A model generated the notes under the pieces. It worked only from the letters and a program-made list of their open reading frames with translations. It was not told the DNA's origin and ran no database searches. From Bacteroidetes bacterium HGW-Bacteroidetes-17 (GTDB taxonomy: Bacteria; Bacteroidota; Bacteroidia; Bacteroidales; GCA-2711565), in assembly GCA_002840985.1 (NCBI GenBank), contig PHDM01000001.1, positions 5,412 through 69,411 of the forward strand: DNA of 64,000 nt, given 5' to 3'. Each line of letters starts with the position of its first letter. The stretch's first letter is position 1. Positions 46,321-55,831 of this stretch are shown piece after piece. The translations under genes were made by a program, and so were the position numbers.

Positions 46321-46806
46321 TTATTCTCCTTCTTTTTTTAGCTTGATGTTTACTTCTTTAGATGCCTCACCTACATACCATGCACCTCCATTCTCAAACT
46401 TCGGATCAACAAACTTAATGATTGTATCTTTGGTTTGATAGGATTTTAAAGCTAACCCATCTGTATCCTCAAATTTTAAATTATAATCCATTTTGCCTCT
46501 ATCATCCATAAGTCTCACCTGATAATTACCATAATAATCTGCAATGCTTGTATCTGAATTTGTATAGGTGGCAAAGCTTGTGTCAGAAATTGGATAGGAA
46601 TAATCAGCCGACATAATAACCTTGATGGCTGGTATTCTCACCCCATCTTCTGAAGTGACCTTACCATAAATCCTGAATCCTGCACTTGGAGTTCCGTAAC
46701 CAGGACTGACCTCTTCTTTTGAGCAGGCAGTTCCGAATCCTAAAATGGTTAAGAGAAATGCAATGAATAAATTGTATTTCTTTAGGGTAAATTTTTTCAT
46801 TTTCAT
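46321..46806 (-). CDS. rSAM-associated putative lipoprotein, paralog 2
   Basis: Lipobox LGFGTAC. Same conserved blocks, with an 11-aa insertion (SFATYTNSDTS). Confidence 0.85.
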   Translation of the reverse strand: MKMKKFTLKKYNLFIAFLLTILGFGTACSKEEVSPGYGTPSAGFRIYGKVTSEDGVRIPAIKVIMSADYSYPISDTSFATYTNSDTSIADYYGNYQVRLMDDRGKMDYNLKFEDTDGLALKSYQTKDTIIKFVDPKFENGGAWYVGEASKEVNIKLKKEGE

Positions 46807-46852
46807 GAATTAATTTGAGTGATTGTGTATCGTAACACTAATACACAATATA

Positions 46853-47305
46853 TTATTCTCCTTCTTTTTTTAGTTTGATGTTCACTTCTTTGGAAGCTTC
46901 ACCCCGATACCATCCATTTCCGTTTTCATATATTGGATCTTTAAACTTAATAATGGTATCCTTTGTTTGAAAGCTTCCATGAGCTTCGCCGTCGATATCT
47001 TCAAATTTAAGAGGAAAATCATTGAAGTAATATGAAGAATCAAGAACCTTTACTTCATAATTCCCATCATAATCAGAAATTACCGTATCAGATTCCTGAT
47101 GAATACTTGCTGACATGATCACCATGATTGCTGGTATTTTTTCACCCTCTTCAGAAGTGACTTTGCCATAGACTTTGAAAGTTGCATGTGGTGTTCCATA
47201 AGCTGACATCGTTTCTTCTTCTTGCTTCGTGCAAGATGTAAATCCTAAAATTGAAAGCAGGAAGGCAATAATTATATTATGCGTTTTGATCAATCTTAGT
47301 TTCAT
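46853..47305 (-). CDS. rSAM-associated putative lipoprotein, paralog 3
   Basis: Lipobox LGFTSC. Same conserved blocks. Its 3' end and downstream 12 nt are near-identical to paralog 2 at the DNA level. Confidence 0.85.
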   Translation of the reverse strand: MKLRLIKTHNIIIAFLLSILGFTSCTKQEEETMSAYGTPHATFKVYGKVTSEEGEKIPAIMVIMSASIHQESDTVISDYDGNYEVKVLDSSYYFNDFPLKFEDIDGEAHGSFQTKDTIIKFKDPIYENGNGWYRGEASKEVNIKLKKEGE

Positions 47306-47414
47306 GGCTATGCTGTTTTCTTATTGATTCATTTTGTTGTGAAAAGGTTGCTTCCAATTTTATTTTTCCGGTATTCGATTTTCACACTATTGATTTTTGT
47401 ATAAAAGGTTCTTT

Positions 47415-47765
47415 TTACTTTCTTAAAATCTTTTCCATTGATTTACCTTTTGCCAATTCGTCAATCAATTTGTCTAAATATCTGATCTTTTGCATGAGTT
47501 TGTCATCGATTTCTTCCACACGATATCCGCATATGACACCCGTAATATTTGAAACATTTGGATTTATTTGTGGTGCCTCTGCAAAAAAGGTTTCAAAGTC
47601 GGTTTTATGATCGATTTGCTGCTGCAACATTTTGTGAGTGTACCCTGTTAACCAACAAATGATGGTATCTACTTCTTCCTTGCTACGGCCTTTCTTCACC
47701 GCTTTTTGAATATAAAGCGGATAGACACTTGCAAATCGCATTTTAAATACTTTTGAATTATCCAT
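47415..47765 (-). CDS. DUF2200 family protein
   Basis: [37 protein letters not shown] matches my recollection of the DUF2200 N-terminal signature. 116 aa. Confidence 0.7.
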   Translation of the reverse strand: MDNSKVFKMRFASVYPLYIQKAVKKGRSKEEVDTIICWLTGYTHKMLQQQIDHKTDFETFFAEAPQINPNVSNITGVICGYRVEEIDDKLMQKIRYLDKLIDELAKGKSMEKILRK

Positions 47766-48121
47766 ATTTCTTAAATAATATTACAAATTTACCATTTAGC
47801 CAGTACTTTTTTATAAAGAATTTGGTAAAGTTAACCCCAATTTCTGCTTTGAGCTATCAGCCAGTTCGCTTATCATTTCGGATGCTGTGTATCCCCCATT
47901 GCCTAAATTTCGTTGGAACATGCTATTTTATGTGATAACCAACTGATATTATGGCATCGGGATTATAAAACACCTGTATCTGCTGCATTTCTCTTTACCG
48001 ATATGCTGCCCCTATCGGGGCAATGCACGTTGAATTTCATTTACTCAATCTCTATTTTATCAATTTCTTTCATTCCTGCAAAAAATCCAATTTCTAAATT
48101 ATTTTTGCTAAAAAGCCATCA

Positions 48122-50506
48122 TTATTTAGGATTTAAAACTGTTTTGGTTACAGCTACTTCTTTTATTTTATCCAGCGAATAATAAACCGGAAAGTACTGA
48201 TCCCTGGCCCATGGTTCAAATAAGTTACTGTAAAAAGGACTGTCAGGATTGCCCGATTGACCCGGCCCGTTTGTTCCAACAGCTTCATCCCAATCTCCTG
48301 TATTTACGATCAAACGAAAAGAAGCACCGCTACTTTGTCGGTTGCCACCACCCGTAGAGCCGGTGGTATAGGCGTTTCCTCCCCTGGGTAGCGGACCAAG
48401 GTTCAGCTTCAGCTTAAGTTCATCGTTTACCAATCCTCCCAAGGGATGAACCATGTAGGTATGTTTGTACTTTTCCTGACCGTATTGCCAGCTGTTCATA
48501 TCTTTACCAAGCATTTTTTCGAGCGACGCAACTGCATCATCGAAGGCTTCTGTTAAAAATTGATCTCTGCCTGAGATCGGTTTTGGACCGAATTTGATAT
48601 CGGGATTCATTAACCAGTCAATAATTTTTGTGAGTTGGATGCCTGAAATGACATCCTTTCCATCTTCAGGGATAAATCTTTCATGGGCAAGTGATTTTAT
48701 CTTGTTTTCCCAGGCCACATATATACCGGCTGCAATCGACTGCGGTTCGAGCTTGTAATCCCAGTTTTTCAAAAAATCCCTGGCTTCGGCTGATTTGCCT
48801 GTCATTGAAAGATTGGCAAGTAAAGGAATTAAGGTTCTGGCAGGAATTGATAGGTAATCAACCTGCAATGCTTTCATATCATCCATATTAAGCTTTTTTC
48901 CCGATCCAAGTACTTCATTTGAACGATCTCCCCGGTAAGGATCTGACCAGGAGAACCCGATGGCATCCCAATATTCATAATCATCAGGAACCACATATTG
49001 ATTTGAAGTAGCAAAGAACCCTTTCTCCGGGTTAAATAAATGTGGTTTTTCTATGATAGGCAAATAACCGTCCCACTCATAACTGCCATCCCCAGGAACA
49101 GGCACCAGGCCGCTGAAATTTCTTCGAACAGGCGCAATTCCAACGGATTGCCAGCCAATATTCCCTTTCGGATCGGCCCAGATCATGTTTTCGCCCGGGA
49201 TGTGGCTATACTTACATGCTGCACGAAATTCTTCCCAGCTCTTTGCCTGATTCATTCGCAGAGATGCCAGATATGGCGCACCACCCGGTTCCAGCCATGC
49301 ACATCTGATAGAGTAAGCTTTGTGGTTTAAAGTATCAATATAAGTAACCGGGCCATGCCTTGTATACAATAATTCAACCTTAACTTCATCCTTTCCTTTT
49401 ATTTTTATGTTTTCATTAATTGAAGTCATTTCCTCCCACGAGCCTTTGTAACTATATTGTTTCAGGTTTGCAGGGTTCAGATCATAAACATAGAGGTCTT
49501 CACCATCCGTACTGAAAATTGTTAGGCCCCAAGCCCCATATTCATTATGTCCGATTGAGATACCCGGAATTTCGGGTTCGCCACCGCCGATGACATTCCA
49601 ACCGGGAGCTACCAAATGGGTCATATACCGGAGTGCAGGAACGGCAATGGTGCGATGAGGATCATTGGCCATATAAGTATTGCCATCTTCCATCAGTGCA
49701 CCACTCACTACCCAATTATTGCTTCCGATCGATAAAGGATCTTCTTTCGGATCGTCAGTTATTGCAAATGCCATTTCTTCTGGAGAATTTTTATAGGCCG
49801 AATCAATATCCTCCGACCTAAATCGTAAGGTTCTGCGGTAGGCATCATAAAGCTCCAGTATATTGTCTGTTAATAATTCCTTATTGATCTTCGGATCAAG
49901 GTCGATGATCGGATCCCTGGGATGAAACCAATACAGGTCTTTTACACGTTCTGACCCTAATTTGGCAACGGCCTGTCCAATTTGAAGTTCAGAACCAATG
50001 TTGCCAAGTAGTCCCTGGTGCCTTGAGATTACAACTTCAGGGGTCCATTTTTCGGGAAGGATATTCAGCATTTTAAACTCGATGGGAAGTTGTTCCGGAT
50101 TGGCCCTTATTTCATCTATGTAGGCATTTACACCATCAGCATAGGCAGTTATGATTTCTACCCCATCCGGATGATAATGGTTCATTTCCTCATTCATATC
50201 TCCCCTGAATTTAAAAAGCCGTGTGCCGATATCCCTTTTCAACTCACGTTCTCCCAAAATTTCTGCCACAGTTCCTGTAGCCTGTCTTCTCCAGACTTCA
50301 AATTGGAAAAGCCGGTCCTCGGCAGCAGTATATCCCTGGGCAAAAAACAGATCGTGCTGATTTTTGGCATAAATGTGATTGATCCCCCATTCATCCCTCA
50401 TGATTTCAACCGGTTCAAATAAGCCCGTCATATCCTTCTTAATGGTTGTGGAAGAGGTACAGGAGGCAAGAATGATCAAAACTGACAAGAATAGAAATTT
50501 TCTCAT
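48122..50506 (-). CDS. Penicillin acylase family (S45, Ntn-hydrolase; possibly an acyl-homoserine-lactone or beta-lactam acylase)
   Basis: Lipoprotein-like signal (ILASC). Autoprocessing/nucleophile site LSIGSNNWVVSG. 794 aa, typical length. Confidence 0.85.
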   Translation of the reverse strand: MRKFLFLSVLIILASCTSSTTIKKDMTGLFEPVEIMRDEWGINHIYAKNQHDLFFAQGYTAAEDRLFQFEVWRRQATGTVAEILGERELKRDIGTRLFKFRGDMNEEMNHYHPDGVEIITAYADGVNAYIDEIRANPEQLPIEFKMLNILPEKWTPEVVISRHQGLLGNIGSELQIGQAVAKLGSERVKDLYWFHPRDPIIDLDPKINKELLTDNILELYDAYRRTLRFRSEDIDSAYKNSPEEMAFAITDDPKEDPLSIGSNNWVVSGALMEDGNTYMANDPHRTIAVPALRYMTHLVAPGWNVIGGGEPEIPGISIGHNEYGAWGLTIFSTDGEDLYVYDLNPANLKQYSYKGSWEEMTSINENIKIKGKDEVKVELLYTRHGPVTYIDTLNHKAYSIRCAWLEPGGAPYLASLRMNQAKSWEEFRAACKYSHIPGENMIWADPKGNIGWQSVGIAPVRRNFSGLVPVPGDGSYEWDGYLPIIEKPHLFNPEKGFFATSNQYVVPDDYEYWDAIGFSWSDPYRGDRSNEVLGSGKKLNMDDMKALQVDYLSIPARTLIPLLANLSMTGKSAEARDFLKNWDYKLEPQSIAAGIYVAWENKIKSLAHERFIPEDGKDVISGIQLTKIIDWLMNPDIKFGPKPISGRDQFLTEAFDDAVASLEKMLGKDMNSWQYGQEKYKHTYMVHPLGGLVNDELKLKLNLGPLPRGGNAYTTGSTGGGNRQSSGASFRLIVNTGDWDEAVGTNGPGQSGNPDSPFYSNLFEPWARDQYFPVYYSLDKIKEVAVTKTVLNPK

Positions 50507-50806
50507 GGTCCAAATATTAGGTGCTTTAATGATATTATTTTTTGAATTTTTATTTTCCTTTGAATAGGCAATTAATGAAAAGGCTATAAACTGAACTTGA
50601 TCCCACCAAATATGGTTGCATCAATCACCTTTGTATGTATTTATATTGTAATTTCTCAACATACCTTATGATTTAAATTTTTAAACAGGTAGCATGAATA
50701 CAAGATATAATCGCAGTAAACCTAAGAAAAAAAGATGACACCCGAAACCGAGATGCCATCTTAATGATCAACCGAATTGATATTTTTGGGCAATAGATTT
50801 TAGATA

Positions 50807-50973
50807 CAAGACTCAAGACTCAAGATGCAAGACTCAAGATGCAAGACACAAGACACAAGATGCAAGACAAGACATCAAGTTTCAAGTAACAATTAACAAG
50901 TAACTAGTAACTAGTAACCAGTAACCAGTAACAAGAGACAACTGTCTAAAATCTAACGTCTAATATCTACTCC
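50807..50973. repeat. Degenerate heptanucleotide tandem array (about 24 units)
   Basis: The unit drifts CAAGACT/CAAGATG/CAAGACA -> CAAGTAA -> CTAGTAA -> CCAGTAA -> CTAAnnT. Strict 7-nt phase over 50807-50869 and 50876-50973 (one 1-nt slip). The array ends at the stop codon of the M14 gene. Confidence 0.85.
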
Positions 50974-52832
50974 TACATAGAGTCTATTTCAATGCGTTTT
51001 TTATCTTTTCCGCCATTCACCGATTCGGTATTAAACTCGATCCAGCCATCGGCACCATTGGTTTTTACCAGATAACGGATTCTTAACGAATCTTCACCAC
51101 CCAATAAGAATTCCGTTTCTTTCGTCCCGGAGCTTTTGGCTTTGGCCGAACTGGTGTTGGTTGGTATTGTTGTGCTTTCATCCGTAATTTCCAACAACTC
51201 GATATTTCCTGAAGAATTAAAGAAAATCTTGTCCTTCACATAATCACCTAGTTTTATCGTTCGGTCGGAAACCGTTGGATAAACCTTATCGTTTTTTACG
51301 ATCACATCCACCCATAAAAGGTTGTGAACCGCCGGGGTCACTTCAATACTTTCAATTTCAACCTTTGGGAACTGGCTTGCACAATACATCACGAACTGGG
51401 CATTTTTTTCGGCTTCCATTTCGATGTAACGGGCAGGTGGGGTGCGTCCGATATGTTTTTTTAAACTACCGCCCATCCATATTTCGCCCAAATCGGGATG
51501 ATTGAATTGATAAGGATTGATCCAGCCTTCACCGTTCAATTCTATATCTACAAATTCAACGTACTCTTCTTCCGTAATCCGGCCATCATCGTTTTTATCG
51601 GCTGCGAACACCGGCGAACCCCATAGTTCGATGAGGTAAGCATAATTGCCCAGCATTTCGTAAGAACTGGCTTGTGCTTGTCCCTGACCTCCTGAAGGAG
51701 TGGGGCGATAGTTTTTCAGGATGCGCGCTCCCATCTCAACAATCTTGGTTTGGGTTTCCATGTCGGTTTCATAGCCTTTTTGAACCTGATAATCGAAAGC
51801 CTGAGCATATTTGTTCTCTTTACGGCGCTCGGCCAATTGTTGGTCGAACCGTGTTTTTGCCTGGGCCACTTGTTCGGGAGTTCTGTTATCCCTGGCTTGT
51901 GGTGGTCTTGAAAACATGATCAACCTGCCGGTATTATGAAAATGGAAACTGGCAAAAATATTGGGATGTGCCAACTGAAATTCAAAAACATTGCGGGTTT
52001 CAGATTCAGACATGGGGTAAGGATTTCCGGCTTGTAAATTCCAATCGGAAGGGAAATTGCGGTTAGGATCAGGCCCACCCAAATCATCTTCGTTGATGCT
52101 GCCATCACCATCATTATCAAATCCTTCAGAACCGATACGGTTAAATCGCATTACCTTTTCGGCTTTATCGGTTATCATTTCAAAACGGCGTCCATCTATT
52201 GAAAGTTTGAACATCCCATTTGGATCTTCTTTATACATGGTGGTTAATTCACCATCCCCGTCTACATCTTCTGTTTGGTCCTCATCGTACAAACCGTCAC
52301 CATCATTGTCTTCGGGGCGATAAGGTTCGCGTGGGTTATTCTCGGTATTTGGAAATTTGACATACGATTCATTTGCGTCAACATTTAATCCGGGCAGGAT
52401 ATAAAAAGTTGTTTTATTCAACATTTCAAAAACGTAGGGGTCGTAATCGTAACGGGTGAGCAAATACCAGGCTGTATAAAGTGAGCACATGATCCCGTTC
52501 ACTTCATTTCCGTGAATTGCACCATCAACCCACATGGCAGGTTTCTCGGTATCCATTCCGGTTTTTTTGGCCGTAATGGTCAGTAAGTATTGATCTTTTC
52601 CCATTCTTGATTTTCCGATACTTTCGATAGAGGCCAGATTTGGATATTTTTTTTGCATATCGTGCATGATCTTGGTCCAATCGTTGTAGGAATAATAATG
52701 CTTCCAGCTCATTACAAAGTCCAATTCGCCATGATAGCCACCGGGTTGGGTTTGTTTTTTTTCTTGCGCGTTAACGGTTAAACTCAGAGAGACTGTTAAC
52801 AGCATACTTGCGATAATATATTTTACTTGCAT
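50973..52832 (-). CDS. M14 family zinc carboxypeptidase with Asp-rich calcium-binding-like inserts
   Basis: Signal peptide. Zinc-ligand block VDGAIHGNEVNG. DNDGDGLYDEDQTEDVDGDGE and FDNDGDGSINEDD inserts. NRNF block. Confidence 0.85.
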   Translation of the reverse strand: MQVKYIIASMLLTVSLSLTVNAQEKKQTQPGGYHGELDFVMSWKHYYSYNDWTKIMHDMQKKYPNLASIESIGKSRMGKDQYLLTITAKKTGMDTEKPAMWVDGAIHGNEVNGIMCSLYTAWYLLTRYDYDPYVFEMLNKTTFYILPGLNVDANESYVKFPNTENNPREPYRPEDNDGDGLYDEDQTEDVDGDGELTTMYKEDPNGMFKLSIDGRRFEMITDKAEKVMRFNRIGSEGFDNDGDGSINEDDLGGPDPNRNFPSDWNLQAGNPYPMSESETRNVFEFQLAHPNIFASFHFHNTGRLIMFSRPPQARDNRTPEQVAQAKTRFDQQLAERRKENKYAQAFDYQVQKGYETDMETQTKIVEMGARILKNYRPTPSGGQGQAQASSYEMLGNYAYLIELWGSPVFAADKNDDGRITEEEYVEFVDIELNGEGWINPYQFNHPDLGEIWMGGSLKKHIGRTPPARYIEMEAEKNAQFVMYCASQFPKVEIESIEVTPAVHNLLWVDVIVKNDKVYPTVSDRTIKLGDYVKDKIFFNSSGNIELLEITDESTTIPTNTSSAKAKSSGTKETEFLLGGEDSLRIRYLVKTNGADGWIEFNTESVNGGKDKKRIEIDSM

Positions 52833-52845
52833 GATTTTTCCCTCC

Positions 52846-54945
52846 TTATTTAATGGTTAATGATTTTACTTGTGTACCACCTTTTTGTGAACTCACTACA
52901 ATTTGCAGCGGACTGTTGTCTTCAACGGCGACTAACCATTTCACTTCACGGGTTGAGCCCATTTCTTTCTTTTCTGGTTCTTCCCCTCTGGGCTCTTTTG
53001 GAGCTGGCATGCCATAAAATCCTCTTTGTTGTGATGCATCTCTGGGAGGTATTGGCTTATATCCAGGGATTTTTAGTTTTCCCTGAATGACTCCTAATTT
53101 TTGATAGGCATCTCCTTGAAGGAAGGTAACTTTATCCCGATCGCCAATCAGCCAAACTACATCTTCACGGTTTAACGGAAGCTGTTCTCCGTTGGCACGT
53201 TGTGTGGCCAATTTCCCCATATTTTCAATGGTTGCCGTTACTTCAACAATTTTATAATTTCCTATCGAATTTCCTTTTTTAATATTGACTTTATTATCTT
53301 TCATCATTGCCTCAGCTTCGGCAGCAGTTGCTGAATAAAGCACTTTGGCGCTTGCTTCTTTGATCACAACTTTTGGCATGAGCTGTGCCCTGAATAATTC
53401 GAATTGCCAATGGGTTTCACATACATCGATCAGGGGTTGTCCGGGGAATGCATTGTTGCTGCCATACATCGGGATCCATCCTCCAATTTCACCGTCTCCC
53501 AATTCGGGGTGTTTGTATTTTTCCCACGGGATAAATAATTTTCCTCCGAACTTTTCGTCCTGATATTTTAATACGGCACGTTGAGTTTTAAGATATGCAT
53601 CCTCGCCAGTGAACTCAGGAATGTCTTTGATATCTTTACGGATGTTCCATAGTTCGGTAGTGGTTGCATAAACGCCCCATTGCATAAATGCCCAATCTGA
53701 TTGAAATCCAAACTGGATATTTTTGTCCACAATTTCATCGTAACTGGTGGTCCAGCCATGAGTAAATTCATAACCGCGTTGTATGGCGTATTTATTTTTT
53801 GATGTTTTCTTTAGTTCTTCTTTATAAAAACTGATTGAATCAGGATACAAATAGGCTTTGGGGATTTCTTCACCTAAAAGTTCCAAATATTTTTTACCCA
53901 TAACCATGTCGTAAACGGCTACATCATTACTGTGCATGCTTGCAGGTGATTGGGTACCGCAGGGGCGGATGGTATAACCGCCGGAGGTATGGTAAAACTG
54001 AGCCATGTAGATATTCGGGTGATTCGTAAAAAATTCTGCCAAGGCACGTGTTTCAGGTTCAGAGAAAGGATAATCTCCCTGTCCGCCTTTCATCCCCTCA
54101 TCTTTAAACCATTTTTCGGAGAAGTTACGGTTCATGTCAATGCCGAATTCTGAATCTTCTCCACGTTTTCCGTCATTGTCGTTGTCTTTATCTTCTCTAA
54201 TCACCGACCATCTTTCTTTAGCGGTTTTTTCATCTTTTTCTAATCGAATCATCAACCGTGGATCTGTTTCATCCATGATATACGTTCCTTTGGGATCTTT
54301 GTAACGGAATTGGGTGTAAAACCCGTCGTCGTTTAAGTCATCAGGGCCGTCCTCATTCATTTTCCCATCTTTGTCATCATCTTTTAACTTTGAATTCTGA
54401 CGCTGCGGAATTCCAATTTCCACACTGTTATAAACACCATCGGCATTCACGATCGGGCAAATGTAAAATGCCTGTTCATCGACCAATCGGGTGATGTTTT
54501 CGTCATTGCCATAACCACTTACTAATTTATCAATAATGTACAGACTGACCTCTGTACCGGTATATTCGTTACCATGGGTTGCTCCCGAAATCCAAAAACC
54601 CGGTTTGCCCAAATCAGAAGTCATTTTCGGAACATTATTGATGCCCTCTTTTCGCATATTGCGGAGTTCAACGTACTGATCGATGGTATTTCCGGTTTTC
54701 TGATTGGAGATAATCAGCAAATTGATGGGACGGTCAAAATTACTTCGGCCAATCTCAACCAATTGCGTGATGTTGGGATATTTTTTTGCAACATCCTTAA
54801 GATAAGTTTGGGTTTTTGTATATCCATGAAAGCTGTTGAAATCAATCGGAACTTTCTGTGAATAAGCGTTTACCCCGAAGCCGGACATGATTAAAAGACC
54901 AAATGTCAGGCAAATAGTCTTTTTGTTGGCAAAGAAAAGGTTCAT
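52846..54945 (-). CDS. M14 family zinc carboxypeptidase, second paralog
   Basis: Signal peptide. ISGATHGNEYTG. DDDKDGKMNEDGPDDLNDDG and DKDNDNDGKRGED inserts. MNRNF. 13-nt gap to the downstream paralog. Confidence 0.85.
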   Translation of the reverse strand: MNLFFANKKTICLTFGLLIMSGFGVNAYSQKVPIDFNSFHGYTKTQTYLKDVAKKYPNITQLVEIGRSNFDRPINLLIISNQKTGNTIDQYVELRNMRKEGINNVPKMTSDLGKPGFWISGATHGNEYTGTEVSLYIIDKLVSGYGNDENITRLVDEQAFYICPIVNADGVYNSVEIGIPQRQNSKLKDDDKDGKMNEDGPDDLNDDGFYTQFRYKDPKGTYIMDETDPRLMIRLEKDEKTAKERWSVIREDKDNDNDGKRGEDSEFGIDMNRNFSEKWFKDEGMKGGQGDYPFSEPETRALAEFFTNHPNIYMAQFYHTSGGYTIRPCGTQSPASMHSNDVAVYDMVMGKKYLELLGEEIPKAYLYPDSISFYKEELKKTSKNKYAIQRGYEFTHGWTTSYDEIVDKNIQFGFQSDWAFMQWGVYATTTELWNIRKDIKDIPEFTGEDAYLKTQRAVLKYQDEKFGGKLFIPWEKYKHPELGDGEIGGWIPMYGSNNAFPGQPLIDVCETHWQFELFRAQLMPKVVIKEASAKVLYSATAAEAEAMMKDNKVNIKKGNSIGNYKIVEVTATIENMGKLATQRANGEQLPLNREDVVWLIGDRDKVTFLQGDAYQKLGVIQGKLKIPGYKPIPPRDASQQRGFYGMPAPKEPRGEEPEKKEMGSTREVKWLVAVEDNSPLQIVVSSQKGGTQVKSLTIK

Positions 54946-55202
54946 AATTAGGATTAGATTAGGTTAAACAATAGAATATATAAACCTAATTAAAAACTTA
55001 GTGATAAATAAATAAAATAGACGTAAAGTTCGGATTTATCGATGAGTAAGGAGAGATGCACACTATAATTAAATTAATTGGTGTGTCCAGATTAAATGTT
55101 CCAATCAGTTTTGTGTTTTGGAAGAATTTGTTAGAGAATTTTTTATTTTATTGATCATACAAACATGAATTTTTCTTATTCAAAGAAGGTTAATCAATTC
55201 AA

Positions 55203-55251
55203 AAAAAACCGACCATTGGCCGGCTTTTAATTTAGTTGTGGAGTGGCAGGG
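55203..55251 (-). repeat. Degenerate duplicate of the tmRNA 3' end plus its terminator (att-like remnant)
   Basis: AAAAAACCGACCATTGGCCGGCTTTT..GTTGTGGAGTGGCAGGG versus 55800-55844 AAAAAACTGACCAATGGTCAGCTTTTTTGTTGTGGAGCTGCAGGG. Confidence 0.65.
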
Positions 55252-55543
55252 CTTTCTCGTTCCGCTTCACTTCACGGGATAGACTTCTCAATGAAATAAA
55301 GCCCATAAAAGCCACTAAGAAGTTTTCACGCTCTATCGACACTTAGAATCAGATCAACCCTAAGTAGTTAAATGGTATTACTGCAATGCATAATTGCCTT
55401 TAATGCTGGAGTTCTTAAATTATTTCCCTACTTGGGAATTAAATTGATTACCTTTATGAAAAGCACATCTTAATTTTCTTTCCTAAAAAGCTTGTTTTTA
55501 TTTGAAGATGTACCTATGGGACTGATATTAATACTAAACACCG

Positions 55544-55777
55544 ATGACAACGAGACAACTGATGGAAAAAAATGTTTGCGGAGTAAATAAATTCTTGAAA
55601 GCTAAAGTAAAAAACATGACAATAGCAGAATTGCTATACAACATGCATCCGTCTGATAGAGCAGACTTTTTAAGGGATAAAGAATTAGTAAAGCAAATTC
55701 CTGCAGATATACTAGTTAAATTGAACTTTGAGATAAATAAATTTTACGTTGAAAAACAAAAGCAAAAACAACCTTAA
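55544..55777 (+). CDS. Hypothetical 77-aa protein inside the segment bracketed by the tmRNA 3'-end duplicates
   Basis: ATG ORF with no recognisable motif, followed by the bidirectional hairpin at 55806-55820. Coding status is uncertain. Confidence 0.35.
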   Translation: MTTRQLMEKNVCGVNKFLKAKVKNMTIAELLYNMHPSDRADFLRDKELVKQIPADILVKLNFEINKFYVEKQKQKQP

Positions 55778-55831
55778 TTAACGGATTTCAACTAAACAAA
55801 AAAAACTGACCAATGGTCAGCTTTTTTGTTG

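Noticed and set aside
47753-48182. ORFs 47753-47935(+) and 47913-48182(+) in the DUF2200/acylase intergenic region, and the overlapping alternative hairpins CCGATA/TATCGG versus TGCCCC/GGGGCA at 47998-48022 as a possible attenuator or riboswitch
   Set aside because: The ORFs have no start context, are low-complexity peptides and overlap neighbours. The hairpins are only 6 bp, have no adjacent T-run and match no riboswitch motif I recognise. The evidence is too thin.
793-54861. Numerous 60-130 aa ORFs nested inside or antisense to long CDSs (e.g. 793-987, 2271-2719, 8434-9011, 15564-16302, 19097-19695, 34390-35148, 43685-44023, 45465-45812, 50090-50567, 52057-52323)
   Set aside because: All are fully overlapped by much longer ORFs with clear family motifs. 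Their peptides are low-complexity or Cys/His/Arg-rich, as expected for off-frame translation.
55252-55440. A second structured RNA gene (tmRNA pseudogene, SRP, 6S or RNase P) on the minus strand next to the duplicated acceptor-like end
   Set aside because: There is no T-loop (GGTTCGAATCC), no tag-like frame, and none of the conserved SRP or RNase P motifs that I can recognise by eye.
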